From: Amoebidium appalachense
Lineage: Eukaryota; Protista; Ichthyosporea
NCBI GenBank assembly: GCA_963693365.1
Contig: CAVNZM010000009.1
Coordinates: 9,437,116 to 9,501,115 of the forward strand
Direction: 5' to 3'
Length of the DNA: 64,000 nucleotides
Shown: positions 12,038 through 50,763 of the stretch, one piece after another
How positions within the stretch are numbered: position 1 is the first letter of the stretch
How the letters are laid out: the number at the start of each line of letters is the position of its first letter
Program-made: the position numbers and the translations under genes
Notes under the pieces: generated by a model
Seen by the model: the letters and a program-made list of their open reading frames with translations, nothing else
What the model was told of the DNA's origin: nothing
Databases searched by the model: none

Positions 12038-13431
12038 GCGTGTGTGTGCGTACGTGTGCGCACGTGTGTGCGTAAGTGCAGGTGGGTTCACCTTCATGCG
12101 TGCATGCATGTGTGTGTGTGGTTGTGGTGGTGGGGGTTTCAAAGAACTTGGACAAAGGGAATGTTTGGGGGAGGGGGGGGGGGGGGGGGGGGGGCAAGAT
12201 TAGAGCCCGATGGAAGATCGACAGTGAAAGGTCATTAACCTCTACAGGACCGGACTAATTGATTCTACCGGCTACCGGCTCCCTGTAGGGACCTAAACAG
12301 CTGTGCTTTTGCGGCTCAAAATCCCTACAAAAACCCCAAATAAATTGTAAATGTCGACAGGTATATATATGTCTTACCTACATACGTTACTACAATGGTT
12401 TGGGGGAAAATATCATTATTTCGTATACTTTTATACCTGTTTCTAAAGTTACTTTCAAAATTCCTAGAAAATATTTGAGTTTCCATCGAATGTCGACTGA
12501 TTTCCCAATGGTCCAATCCGAAGATTGCATTGACAGCATTCCCGTGTCGTCATTGACTAGTCAAGCCGGCAAGCACCCTTTGTAGATACACCATATACAG
12601 CATATCGTTATTAGAGTAAAGTTCAATTTATAAGGATAAGTGTATATTCAGATCTCGCGCTATTTTTATTTGGCTATTTCCTATCAACTTTATGTTCACA
12701 TTAGAGCACAAACTCACTTATGTCGATATCAGTTGACTAGACGTCGATCTCGTGAAAATTACGGATCTGAACAGGTTGATGTGTAACATCCGGCCGGAAT
12801 CGTGGAAGAGGGGGGAAATGATCTCCATCTACGATCAATTTTTATGTTTATTAATATATAAGAAAGGGAATCCGGAGTGCAGTAGGAAGGGGGGCGGGAG
12901 GGAGGGGGAATCATGGCTGGCAGACAGGCAGGAATAAATGGTCTTCTCTAAAAAACTGCTTTTTATGTGACTTCAGCCCCTCTCTCTCTCCACTCTCCCT
13001 CTCCCTCTCCCTCCCCCCCTCCCCCTCCCCCCCCCCTCCCTCTCTCTCTCTCCCTCTCTCTCTTTCTCTCTCTCTCCCCCTCCCCCCCCCCCCCCCCCCC
13101 CCACTCACAAAAAAAAAAAATCAACTTGCCATTTCCTTCCCCATTCCCATCACTACCAGCACCAGCACCACACTCCTGTGCACAGCTTCTCTTTCCTTAT
13201 ATATATATTTTATTATACTTTTTATTTAATTTTTACCTCTTTAACTTTTTTTGTGTGTTTGGGGGGGAGGGGGGAGGGGGGGCTGGTTTCACCTTCAGGA
13301 AGACCTACGGTGTCCATTTGTAGTATTCGGGCACGGGCACGTAGAGAGCTCCTGTGATCTACAACTTAGTAGTAAGCACACATACAACCACACTAAAACA
13401 CACACACACACACACATACACACACACATCC

Positions 13432-14291
13432 CGTTGGAATACGTCACTACGTAGGACAGCAAGAGCCTTGAAGTATTTGTATGTGTCTAGCTTTGCTTGT
13501 ACACGTGTCTTGTTTTCTCCTTTGTGCTCTCTTCCTCTCCCTCCCCCCCCTCCCCCCTCCCCCCCCCCCCCCCCGTATCTCTCTCTCTCCCTTGTTTCTG
13601 TATGCACAGATATCTGTAGATCTGTGCACACCTGGCTCTCTTGCCTGATAGAAATTATTGTATTTTATTTGTGTTTGCTTTGCTCTGTTTATCTGAGAAG
13701 TAGCGTGATTGGCTAGCTATCTTCGTTGTCTTTGTTTTAGTTCAAAGTAGTTTCGTTTTAGTTCACAATAGGATGACTCACTAATAGACGCGAGTGAGTA
13801 CATCTATAGATCGTGATGTGCATTCCTGTCTATTATTATACGTGTTATGATTGGACACAATAGATATGTTTGGAATTCGTTTTATCATAACGTGTCCTCA
13901 CTTTGAGAGTGTCAACTATTAGGAAATATATGTACTTAGATGAGTTTCTTTATAGAGACGAGTATAAGTATATATGTGTATTAATAGTGACAAGATGTAT
14001 AATTATTTACGTTATTTAAGTAAGAGTTTCTAAGCTTCAGTTATGTCGGAAGTTGGAATGCGTATGCTCTGTTGGAATGTATTTTTCTATCATCTGATAG
14101 AATCGATTGGTTCTCTTCTTTTAGTTGAGATAAGATGTACAAAAAGACCCGAGAGCACAATAAAAGGTCAGTTGTTGTTGAAATCTTTCAAGTGTCGTGA
14201 ACAACTCCGATTGCCCTCTCTTTATTATGTTGGTCTTGTTTTACATGACGCCTCTGTGCACTCTGCTCCCTTAGACCCGTACACAACAACA
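13432..14291 (+). mobile_element. Solo LTR of copia family 2
   Basis: (c)gttggaat...acaacaaca flanked by 5-bp TSD CATCC (13427-13431, 14292-14296). Diverged reverse complement of 10697-11552. Confidence 0.9.
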
Positions 14292-14481
14292 CATCCTGCC
14301 ATTTTAATACTCGAACCCCTTCCCCCCACACACATACACACCCACACACCCACAAACACCCAACGAACACGTACACATCAGCACGCACGCTCGCACGGCC
14401 GCACCGGCGCACACGTGCGTAGCTGCATTGCCGACTTTCCTCGAGATGTGTTATTGTGTGTGTGTGTGTGTGTGTGCGTGT

Positions 14482-14521
<40 letters not shown>

Positions 14522-14802
14522 ATGTGTGTGTGCGTATGTGTGTGTGTGTGTGTGTGTGTATGCGTGTGTGTGTGCGTGTGTGTGCGTGTGTGTGTGTGTG
14601 TATGTGACTTTGTGTGTGTGTGTGTCTGTGTGTGTGTGCGCGTGCAGGCGTGTACAGTGCGTGAGTGCGTGAGTGCGTGTGTGTGTGGCGGTGTGTGTGT
14701 ATGTGTGTGTGTGTGTGTGTGTACGCGAACGCGCGTGCGCACGTGTGCAGGCGTGTACGGTGCGTGAGTGTGTGTGTGTATGTGTGTCACGGTGTGTGTG
14801 GC

Positions 14803-14898
<96 letters not shown>

Positions 14899-15558
14899 TC
14901 GTTTCATAAGGGGCACATTGGGGGAGGGGGGGAAAGGGGGGAGGAGGACCAAAAAGTGCGGAGGGGAGGGGGGGGGGGATGGGTGATGATTGATGTGTTG
15001 AGAGGGGTGATAATTGATGCGCTAGCATTTTATTATAGTAGCAACAGAAATGTGCCAGTATTGGTTAATTAAATCACGGTTGTCACTACAGCCTTGCATA
15101 AGATTAAATATTGGTAATCACTTCCACAAACTTTAAACAATGTCATCGCCGGTGTTAAAGTATAGACGTATTTGCTCGGATTTTCAATTGCGCGGCCTTT
15201 TTTCTAGATCAACTAATTTTTTTTTTGTAGAGCTGTTGACTTATTAAAAACACTGACTCAGCTTCGTGACTTTGTGGTTATACTGCAAATACATGCTCGT
15301 GGCCATAGATACTTTATGATGCATAGGTCCTGGTTTGCTGATCTAAGATGATGATGCTTCATGCGTCAGCGCTGGCTAACTGGCTCCTCATCTCATCCTT
15401 GAGGGTTTCGTAGATGCTTTCGTAATCCGGGAGCGGGTCGAGCTAAGACGATAATGCTTCTTGCGTCGGCGCTGGCTAACTGGCTCCTCATCTCATCCTT
15501 GAGGGTTTCGTAGATGCTTTCGTACTCCGGGAGCGGGTCGAGCTAAGATGATAGTGCT

Positions 15559-28941
<13,383 letters not shown>

Positions 28942-29964
28942 GTTGGCCTACAGCTTGTCTCGTTCAAAGCAAAAGAGGTACACTCGGTATACTCTAGCCA
29001 AACGTGAGTGATCGTTTTGCTGTTTGTTCGAGACTGGATCCCACATAAATGGCACGGGGCGCCGGGGCTCGAAATGCATAATCGGCTGCTCGAACAGATC
29101 TCCTAGCCTCGATCTCTCTCTCTCTCTCTTTTTCTTTTTGTAGAAAATTGAGATAGTCCAATAAGTGCAAGTTAAGTGAGACTAACCCAGATTTTGGATT
29201 TATAGCAGAGCTTGTGAAAGAAGGTCCTATCAAAAAAATTTAACACCTTTTAATGGTTTATTTCTGTGCTCTTATGTGCTGTAACGTGAATCAATGCTCA
29301 CAAATGCTGCATCATTCGTACTTTCGTTGACAAATTCCCTTAGATATACACTAGATATGTTTTTAGGATTCGTGTTTTCGGCTGACTCTGAGCACTGCCA
29401 CTGTCGTTAGCTAATGCTACCCCTACATATTTTGCTAATACCACGACGCAGGTCGGGCATTAATAACTATTCAATACGTAGTTATCTCCGGAAAATCTGT
29501 TAGCGTGTTGCAGCTGTATGGCTGGTAGCTATGGTTGGTTTGGTGTACATACGTCCATATATACACATCTGGTGGTATATGTACAATACATTATCCTCGA
29601 GATGTAATACCTGAGTATAGGGAGACGCTCGAAGCTGATTCGACGAATGATTGGACAGCCGAACTCCCCCTAACATCCGCCTCTGGGGTGTGTCGGCATG
29701 TAATGTTTCTTTTACTAAATGTGCAATGTACATGCATTCTTGTAAGTTGTAACGAATGATTGCGTATCATGTGACAAATTAAGACAGTTATTCTCGATGA
29801 AGAAAAACAAGTTGATGGGTGTCTTCTGTTTCCTTAACATGCTCTATGGCTGTAACGGTTAAACGATTCATTAGAAAGAACCCAGAGTGCAATGACACAT
29901 CGGAAATTCTCTGTATCTCTCAGAATATTGCTCAATAGTCACTGGGGATCCTTGGCGTCAAATC

Positions 29965-31025
29965 CACGGCCCTCTGAACACACGGCCTTGGCGCGGGAGA
30001 TTAGTGTAACGTCATCGATTTTAGATTCAACTGTCATGCATAGCAAGAAGCGACTGCAAAGCAAAACCGTAGGGCACACTAACCGAAAAACAATAAAGTA
30101 ACAACAACATTCGTGCAGTACATACATACATACATATTTATACAATTTTGATACATATTTTATGGCATTTTCTACTACTGGGCGCTCACAGTGCCAGCTC
30201 CGCTTCCTCCTCATCTACCTCACATGTAGCCTAAGTAGATCTGCCTCTCTAGCCAGGCCGAGCATCCTGAGTTGCTGCAATATCAGCGAGAAATAAGAGT
30301 GGTTCAAAGCTGATCGTGTTTGTTGGTAGGTTTCGAGTACTACTGCTTGTGTCACTAATGCCAGCCTTTTCCTTCTCTTCCCTCTCATGAGCGCATGTTG
30401 TTTGGTTTTTCCTCGCTCTAGCTGGCATGTTTGTGCTACCACACCGTGGTTTCTCGATTTTCGCAGCACCCAGGCAGGCTGCAATCTCGCTCAGCATTCG
30501 CTGCACTAGATGTCAAAAGTCGTGCTGGGCTTCTTCAACTTCTGAGAGGCAATCCGCCTTCCCCCTTCCCCTCCTCCCCCCACTGTATACATATCTCTCT
30601 TCCTCTCATGCCCCCATACTTACTCTCCTTTTCTAACTCACTGCTCTTGTCCCGTGTCACACTCACACATACACAAAATGTAACGCTGTCCCCTGCTCCC
30701 TCCTCCCTCTTCCCTCTTTCCTCCGTCCGTCCCTGTCTTTCCTCTCTCGCTTCTACCCCCCCCCCCCCCCCCCGTCCCTGCCCCTCAATATGTTATAGAT
30801 GGCCTATCATGGAATATATGCCTCCCTCCTGTTCCCCTTTTCTTTCTTTCTTCCTCCAGGCTCTGTGTCTTGTCAATGCAGAAACCCTCCTACAAAGAAA
30901 TTCATATACTAGTCTTTAAACCCCACCCTTCCCCACTCCCCCCCTCCCCCTCCCTCATTCTCTAAAGCTTCCCCTGCCTCCATCCCTCGGCCTGAGTCGA
31001 TCTGTCCCCTCTTTCCTCCGCGGGA

Positions 31026-31084
<59 letters not shown>

Positions 31085-31445
31085 AGTCTCTCTCCCATCC
31101 CTTCCCCCCTCACACCCACACACTCTCCCTCCCTCCTTCCCGGCTCCCCTCCCCCCCCCCCCCAAACCTCTGTCCCCTTCTCTCTTCTCGCACTTCCGCT
31201 TTCTGTCTCTCTATCACCCTCCTCCTATGCCTCTTCGGGGCCCCCCCAGTCCCTGTGTCTGTTGACGCAAGCAACCCCATGGCCCGCAAAAAAGCTCAAC
31301 TCGAAGTTCCCTCCCTCCTCCCCCCCCCCCCCTCCCCCTCTCTCCCCTGCCTCCTTTCCTCCCCCAGCCTTCCTCACTCTCTCCCTCCCTTGGCCTTTCT
31401 CCCTCCTTCCCTTTTCCTCACACAACTACACTCTCGCCAACGGTC

Positions 31446-31483
<38 letters not shown>

Positions 31484-32189
31484 CGCCCCCCCCCCCTCCA
31501 TCTCTTGCTCACGCTCTCGCTCCACCCTCCCCCCTCCCCACCCCTCTCACACTCGCTCGCCCCCCCCCCCCCCCCCCCCCCCCCTCCACCTCCTCCGGTA
31601 TGGTTGGCACAGACGGCTCAGTGTATACACTTCTGTGCTTCAGTGTTGCTGTTGTTTTGGACTGGCAATTTCAGTCATCAGCTGGGCCACGTGAAGGATG
31701 CATAGGTTCTGCCCTGAAGTTTCGCAGACAGCATCTATACATAAAGGTTATCAGCGTTCACATTGTTTGGCACAATAGTTTCAAAGGCCGCTTAAAAAGC
31801 GTGTTTGCCTTCGTGGCAGCATATGATGATGTAAGTTGTTCTTCACACAGAGACGGGTCCAACTAATAAATGTGAAGCTTGCGAACACGTTCAGAATCAA
31901 GCTGGCTGTCTTTCCTTTCAGCGTTCCTCATCTGCGATTCTACATTATTATTATGTCTGTGCCTTTTTTATATTTACTGTTTTCTAAAACAAGGGTGAGT
32001 ACTACATAGGCACTTGAAAGTAACAGCTTTCAAGTGACCGTTACGGGAGGCACCAGTCAGCCAGTCATATGACAAGGCGTCAGAGTCGACACCCTCCCGC
32101 CGGACGCAGCAATCTATGTAATCAGTTGAATCTTGAGAGTTGCTCACGAGTGACGTTCAGGACCAAGGTCGTGAGTTCAGAGGGCCGTG
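29965..32189. repeat. Imperfect inverted repeat pair ~2.2 kb apart, possibly remnants of a decayed DNA transposon
   Basis: 29965-29991 matches the reverse complement of 32163-32189 at 25/27. 30023-30033 matches the reverse complement of 32123-32133 at 11/11. Spacing is similar on both sides. Confidence 0.6.
30190..30545 (-). pseudogene. Decayed coding-like segment, unknown product
   Basis: ORF 30249..30506 extends on both sides through single TGA/TAG stops in a protein-like frame. No motif recognised. Confidence 0.3.
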
Positions 32190-32207
32190 TTTACATCCCA
32201 GTCAGCG

Positions 32208-32788
32208 TCAAATTTCGCTCAGCCAATCACAGGGGCCAAATCGACCATAAACCGCGTGATTTTTGATCAATGAATAGGGCGGGTTGCTATGGAATTTATT
32301 AGCGATTGGCTTGCAAAAAAAAACAGAGGGGGGTAAAAGCAAAATTTGTTTACGATTTCGTTCCTGTGTGCGTAGGTCGCTCTTCTCCAGCAGTGTCTCC
32401 ACCTTCTCCGCAGAGAAATACCGCTGGTCGAAATAGAGTGAACTGCTGCTAGCCCAAGAGTCTTCCTTCGGCACAACCCGTACTATTCCTGTTATTGTGC
32501 ACGGAGACACCTCATCTTGCAGGTATGTCAAAACCAATTCGTTTTTTTCCACCTCTGTTTGCTGAATACTTGGTATTGGTTGTTTTCGCGGTGAAAAAAC
32601 CAGCCAACCGTAACCGTTGGCTTGGTCCCACCCTTGATTGCCCGCACCCATATATGCGTTTCATTTGGTTGATTTGCTATCCTCACAAGAACAGTGTCAC
32701 CGAGACGTACCACCCCTGCATTTGTGGCTATGGATTCTCCAAGTGCGCGTCTCCCATTAATAGTATTGGCCCATTTATCACGCCACAT
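32208..32788 (-). pseudogene. BAH (bromo-adjacent homology) domain coding fragment with one frameshift
   Basis: Frame A: GVVRLGDTVLV..VTVGWFFHRE. Frame B after ~32580: EKNELVLTYLQDEVSPCTITGIVRVV..LYFDQRY. Together they follow the BAH pattern GDxV / WFxRPE / NELFLS / I.GKCxV / FxCxxY. Confidence 0.6.
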
Positions 32789-33070
32789 TCTTCTGAGGCC
32801 AAAACAAAATCAAAGAAAGGGTCGGACGTGTATTTCACCATTTTTTTTGAAAGCTCGCTACAACGTTTTTCGCTGCCTACTGTACGTATACTCTGCCTAG
32901 TGCACTTCCCAGAAACCTGACTCACGGCGGGGCACTCGCCACTCTATGTCAGCGCAAGCTGTCTCAGAGTCCCTGGGGCCTTTTTTCTTTCTTTCTTTCT
33001 TTTTTTTTTTATGTTGCTGCAGGCGACGCGGCGTAGTAGTGCCCAGCCATTTACGTAAGCCAGTGGGTAT

Positions 33071-33109
<39 letters not shown>

Positions 33110-33204
33110 CCCCCCCCCCCCCCCCCCCCTCCCCCCCTCCCCCCCCCTCCCCTCTCTCTCTCTCTCTCTCTCTCTTTCCCCCCCCCCCCCCTCTCTCTCT
33201 CTCC

Positions 33205-33251
<47 letters not shown>

Positions 33252-34309
33252 CCCCCCCCCCCCCCCCCCTCCCTCTCTCACTCTCTCCCTCCCCCTCCCC
33301 CCCCCTTCTCTCTCTCCCCCTCTCTCTGCCCCCCTCTCTCTCTTTCTCTCGCCCCCTCCCCCTCTCTCTCCCGCTCTCCCCCTCTCTCCCACTCCCTCCC
33401 TCTTCCCCTCCCTCTCTCTCTCCATCTCTCCCTCCCTCTCTCCCCCCCCCCTCCCTCTCTCCTCTCTCTCTCTCTCTCTCTCTCCCTCTCCCCCCCCCCC
33501 CCCCCTCTCTCTCTCTCCCGACTAGCTCGCGAGCTCTCGAGCTCGAGCTCTCTCGCTCTGTCACTCTCTCTCTCCTCTGCCCTTCGATGACAGACCCTGA
33601 CTAAGGTGAGGCAGCTGGAAGGCACAGGTAGGACATGCGCATGCAAGTGACATCCAACTTTGAAAGTAATATGACCTACCTCAATAATTGGCTTTGCACA
33701 CGCGTATGTATGTGCTGTCATAATTCATAGTACTGTAATGTGTATGTTGATGTATGTAGATTAATCGAGTGTTGCATATGTGGCACTGTGGCTTTGCCAT
33801 GCGCATGTATACAAGTTTCTTTTGCGGCAACTCGTGATTATTATTGTGGCAATAGTAGGGAATCATTATCATATCACGTTCAACGTTTGTTCTTCCTCTT
33901 ATTTACCCCTCTCTGAATCAGTGCTACTTCACCACCTCAACAAATCAATGACAATGAACAAAATAGACAATCGATGCCAACATCATGAGGGAGTTGAGCG
34001 TGTGGGTCGCATAAATAATTGGTTTAGTATTAGTTTATTATCATGTGTCATTACTTGACTATCTAGACCACACCAATATAGTATGTGAAAGCCTCAAAAA
34101 GGTTTATAAAATCTGTAAATATCATATTCATAATATTGAGTGAGCGTGCCTGACGCTCACAACAGTGTAAATGACATGTCACACAAACCTGCATTCTGGC
34201 CAAAATAATTAATGAATGTCTGCATAAATGAAGATTTATTCAGCGGCTTTCTATTTACAAAAAGAAAAAGAAAAGAAACATAACACAAGAACGCCGATAT
34301 TTTTTCTAC

Positions 34310-44702
<10,393 letters not shown>

Positions 44703-45475
44703 TTTGGTGATTTTCTGTCGTGTAACAGCTAATACTGGGTGGCGTTGCACGCTAGGTTGACAAGCATAGGGTAGACAACGTCCTGCCTGTGCCAGTAATG
44801 AATGTCAACGGATCCGGACACACACAACTATTGTACACATACACGCTTGTCGAGTCGACAGTGTGAAACACACCGGCACACCCTCAGTCACGGGATTTTG
44901 ACACAAGACGCAAAAATATGCACGAGAATGTAATGAACTCCGATATGATTCGTGCGGTTTATTGTGGAATGCAAATCTTACTCACTATGGAATGCACTGA
45001 GTCAGGGCTTTGTTTTTTTTCCCTCAAACAAAGTGTGTATCATTCACATGCACATTCACGTGCACATGGTCACCGACCTTCTCTCTCGGGCCTTGTGCCA
45101 CCATATGATGCACGTTATGGCACCAGGTCAACAATGACTTTCCGGGGCCACTCGAGTCCGTTGTCGCATCTCTCTCGCACAGCACACTGTCAGACTGTCC
45201 GCTCGAGTCTCGAACTCGGCGGGTCTTTCCGAGCGCAGGCTGTATGTATGTAGCCTACCTACAGTGGCACAGTCATGTATGTTGTCTTACGGCTGCAAGG
45301 CTCGAATTGGCGCTTTCTCTCTCACTTTCACTCACTATCATCCTCTCAGAGCCTCTTCTGAGTCGTCTACCTCTCTCTCTCCCTGTGACGCACACTCACA
45401 CACACATACATACACGTACACACACACAATGCACACACCCACACTCTCTTGCTCTCTCCTCGGGGTCCCCCCGGC

Positions 45476-45556
<81 letters not shown>

Positions 45557-46119
45557 CCTCCCTCCCTCCCTCCCTCTCAGATCTCCCTCTCCCTCTCCCT
45601 CTCTCCCTCCCTCTCTCTCTCTCTCTCTCTCTCTAGATCCCCCCCCCCCACCTCTCTCTCTCTCTCTCTCCCTCCCTCCCAGCTCTCCTCTCTCTCTCCC
45701 TCTCTCCCTCTCCCTCTCTCTCTCTCTCTTTCTAGATCCTCCCCCCCCCCTCCCCCCTTTCTCTCTCTCTCTCAGAGTCTCTGTCTCTCTCTCTTCTCTC
45801 TCTCTCTCTCTATCAGTCTCTCTCTCGAGACTCCGAGCCTCGGCTCTGCTCCGTCTCTCTCTCTCCCTCAAGGGCAGGCCCTTGTCTGTTGACGCTGTCC
45901 CTCGCTTTCTCTCGCTCGCTCCCCCCCGGGGAGCCCCCTTCCCCCCCCATATTGAATCTGATTGCCACAAGAAGGTGGGCCGATGGGGGGAGGCTCGAGG
46001 TACAAATCATTCTAAGCTAGAAGCAAACTCAGAAGAAAGGCACACGTGAAAGGCTGTATAACTTGTATTCGACAAATACAAATTTTGGCAAACTTGAGGG
46101 AGAAAGAGAGAGAGAATAT

Positions 46120-46150
<31 letters not shown>

Positions 46151-46746
46151 GGGGGGGGAGGGGAAGGGGGGGAGAGGGGAGGGGAGGGAGGGGGGAGGAG
46201 GGTTTGAAGTGCAAAACTCCTTTGGAAATGGAACACAAAATCTGCCCTTTGACGCGAAGATTTTGTCAGCCGGTTGGTCTCAGTGTTGGACTTATTGGCG
46301 AACACTGGTGGTGGTGTTGTGCGTGGACGGACACTTAGGGGGGTTATGGGGGAAATTTGAAATTTGGGGAGGGGTTCTACTGGTGTGGTTTGGGAGATTT
46401 GGGGGATCAGAAATCAAGTTGCACTCGGAGTAATTATGACCTCAAAATATGGGGGGGGGGAGGAGGGGGGGGGGGGGGGTGGAGAGAGGGGGGAGGAGGG
46501 GGGGGGGAGGGTGGCAGTGGGTAGGAGCCTCACAGACCGTGAATGCGGCACTAAAGAGTTATGATACCCCGGGGGGGGGGGGGGGGGGGGGGAGGGGGGG
46601 GGGAGGGGGGGGGGGGGGAGGAGGGGGGGGGGGGGGGGGGGAAGAGCACACTAATTCAGTGCGCTGTGTTCATATGTGGGAGGGGGGGGGGTACAAGCTA
46701 ATTTGCGATCAAATTTTCCACACACGGGAGGAGGGGGAGGGGGGAG

Positions 46747-46778
<32 letters not shown>

Positions 46779-47454
46779 CAGCTTAGTTAGGCTAACTTTT
46801 CCGTTTTCTCTGCTTCTTCGAGGTTTTATCATTAGCATTATAGGTTATTTCTCTCTCTGATAAACAAGGCAAAGTTTTTCTGTGCGTGATGCATTCTTCA
46901 GACAAAAACACATGTTCATTGCTAATCCTTGGGGACTTTACCAGGATACAAATTATATATTAAACTTATTATGATTACATTTCTCCTGCTGCGCGCCGGG
47001 ATACATCACTAATAGTTGACATGTCTGTATGGTGCACTGATGTTGAAATATATTGCATTATATTGCAGGCGGGGAAGTGGTACAGTGAGTGGCGTCGTAA
47101 TTTTTGTTTTCATGACCATCTCCGTTGTTGAAACCATGTTGCTGCTGAGAAAATTGATCAAAAATAAAAAATAAAAAAAATCAATCGAAAACATAAGTTT
47201 TGCCCCTCTCCTTGCGAGTTCCTGCTACCAGTAGCAGGAAATATGACCACCGAAGATCTATTGTTGAGCTCAGAGTCTGCCAAGTTTGCCAAGCTGTCAT
47301 TCAGTATATGAATTTATACACTGGGTGTTCAGGTATCTTAGTATGCACATGTTATTAGGTGACCTGCAAAGTCTAACACCACAATCGGTTGAAACATTCC
47401 ATGGAGTCAAACAGAATGGCGCTCAAATTTATGCTACCATGATACGTGTGTGTT

Positions 47455-47488
<34 letters not shown>

Positions 47489-47799
47489 AGAAGCAAATTT
47501 GCGCTCAAGAGCCTATGATATTTTCAGATTTATGCCACGGGGGGAGGGGGGGGGGGGGGGGGGGGGGGGGGATTTCAAACTAATATTAAGATTAAGATGC
47601 GCTCAGTATGACAGTTGACGACACTATTCGTGGCTCAGGCTTGGAATTGTTCCGTGAATGAGCCTGGAACGATCATAGATAGGGGCTACCCCCGGGTTAC
47701 CCGTTTACCGCCTGCAACCCCCTGCCCCCCCTCCCACCCCACCCCCACCCCATCCCCACCACCACCCCTTCCCCTGATGCGGCCCCCTCCCCCCCCCCC

Positions 47800-47830
<31 letters not shown>

Positions 47831-48008
47831 CCACACATCACGTTGCCAAGGGGGGAGGAGGGGAGGGGAGCCGTGGTGGTGGTGATGGTGTGTGTTAGAG
47901 GGGGGGGGAGGGAGGGGGGAGGGGGGGAGGGGGGGGGGGGGGGGGGGGGCTCCCACCGTTCATCCGTTCTGAATGCACCAACTATTGAGGGGAGAGCCGG
48001 AGAAGCGG

Positions 48009-48069
<61 letters not shown>

Positions 48070-48540
48070 GGCGGTGTCTCAAAAGGAACTTGGGGGTATT
48101 TGCACTACCGGCTTTCAAGTCCTTCCCTTAGCCCAATATGTAAGGCAAAAGAGTACTTTTACCCCCACCGCTCCCCTCCCCCGCCCCCAACTCCCCCCCC
48201 CCCCCCCCCCCCCGCCATTTCTCCCCCCCCCCTCCCCCCCCCTCCCTCCCCCCTCCCCCATTATCCCCCCCCCCTCCCCCCCTCCCCCCCGGGCCCATGA
48301 TACCTTCCACCCCCCCCCCCTCCCCCCTCCCCCCTCACCCCCACAACCCACAGAACCCCACAGAATCCATTTACGCCTCTCCATATCGTCACCCAGCTCA
48401 ATAGGGCCGCTGCAGTGGCCATTCCAGATGACAGTCACCAAATTTGTCTGAGCTCTGATTATGGTTATCCCCTCTAATTCCCCCCCCCTCCCCCCCCCCC
48501 CCCCCCCCCCCCCCCCACACACACACACCACGACCACCAC

Positions 48541-48613
<73 letters not shown>

Positions 48614-49032
48614 ACCCACACACACACACACACCCACACACCCTCCACCTTCCCCTCCTTCCCTCCATTCATCCGCGCTTACACCTATGGAGAAAAGGGC
48701 CGGGCTGGAAGCACTGTGACAGGCGGATTCCAAGTCCCCTCTCCTCCTTCCGTCCATCCCCTCCCCCCCGAACCCCCCGTTTCTGGTCAAGAAAGACTCT
48801 TACAACTTTTGTATACCGAGCCCGAGCTCAGTGTCTTGAATCTTCTGCTTTTTTCTTCATTATATTTAAAGCTTTTGTCACGGTTACTTGAAAATTTCTG
48901 ATCCATGTAAGATCTGATCTTAATACCACAAGGCTCAGTTGAAACTTCGTGCGACTCAGTTCCTTCCGTTTTTACTGATGATTCAATGCCATATTTGAAA
49001 TATAAAATGCCTCCAGGAACAACCCCCCCCCC

Positions 49033-49173
<141 letters not shown>

Positions 49174-49174
49174 G

Positions 49175-49273
<99 letters not shown>

Positions 49274-49613
49274 TTTCCCTCTCCCTCGGCCCCCTCCCAC
49301 ACTTCGAAACTCCTACAAACGAGAAGAAGAAGCACGAACACAGTAGGTGTGCAAGGCACAAGCAATTGCACAGCTTTGCGCGCACGCACACACTTATACA
49401 CATACACTTGCACACAAACGTGAACACACATACACAGAGAAAACGGACACAAAGGACACACGGACACACAGCACACACACAGACACATGATGCTTTAACA
49501 CACACGTGGCACATGAGCACACGCCACACACCGTTACAAAGTTTCCCAGACCTAGCCTCCCTTCATCGGTAAATGCTCCGCCATCCGAGTAAAGCGAAGT
49601 TTAAGTCCTCACC

Positions 49614-49649
<36 letters not shown>

Positions 49650-50062
49650 CCCCCGGGGGGCCCACAGCCACCCCTCTGCCCCAACACACACACGTATAAA
49701 CAGAGACAGACACGGCCAGTGACCCTGGATCCAGTCGAAACCCACCTGCCCAGCAGGGGGACTTAATTTACTGAAGTTTCCATGCTTATGTTTTTTTTTC
49801 CCTCCCCTTAGTTCAACTATGTACAAGCCATCATCTTTTGTCTGCTAAATTGTTTTCACGGGACATGGGTACCGCTGAGACCCCTGGGCCTCTTTCAAAT
49901 CTTCCTCCTCTTGCTCTCCACCCCTCCTCCTCCCAGCCCGGCGCTCCTCCCCCTACCCCCTCCCCCCCATTTCACACCTCCCCCCCACCTCCCCCCTCCC
50001 TTCCCCTCCCTCCCCCGCCCCCCTGCACCCTTCCCCCGTGCCAGCATTGTAATTTTGTATCC

Positions 50063-50293
50063 CAATAGTCGTTGGATATCCAAGCTTGCCTTATACTGTA
50101 ATAGTCGTTTATTTTAAACTTGCCTTTTATCTTAATAACCGTTGGATATCCAAACTAGCCTTTGTTGGATATCCAAAATTGCCGTCCATCTAAAAAGTCG
50201 TTGAATATCCAGATTGGCCTTCAATATTAATATATATTGGATATCCAAGCCAGCCTTCTACCTTAATAATCGTTGGATATCCAAACTAGTCTT
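50063..50293. repeat. Degenerate ~35-bp minisatellite with palindromic core TTGGATATCCAA
   Basis: About 7 imperfect copies of aatagtcgttggatatccaaacttgcctt. Confidence 0.75.
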
Positions 50294-50522
50294 CGATCGC
50301 GGGCTCCCACACACAACACACACATGTACACATGTACATACACGAGCGCATGCACACACATGCACACACGCGCATGTATGGGCGCGCACACACACACGCA
50401 CACGTGCACATACATGCACGCGCACACGCACACGCCATGCATACGCACACACATGCACAAAGCACACACACGTGCACATACACGTACACGCACACACGTG
50501 CACACACGCACACACACACACA

Positions 50523-50567
<45 letters not shown>

Positions 50568-50719
50568 TACACGCATGTGCGCACAGGCGCACGCATGCAC
50601 GCGCGCACACACACACGTGTGCATACACACAAACGCACACGCGCGCATGCATGCACATGCAAACACACACACACAAAACACACCGACGTGCACACACACA
50701 TGCGCATGGGACGCGGGCG

Positions 50720-50763
<44 letters not shown>

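Noticed and set aside
12234-12260. piggyBac-like end TTAA-CCTCTACAGGACCGG
   Set aside because: No partner inverted terminus found in the window.
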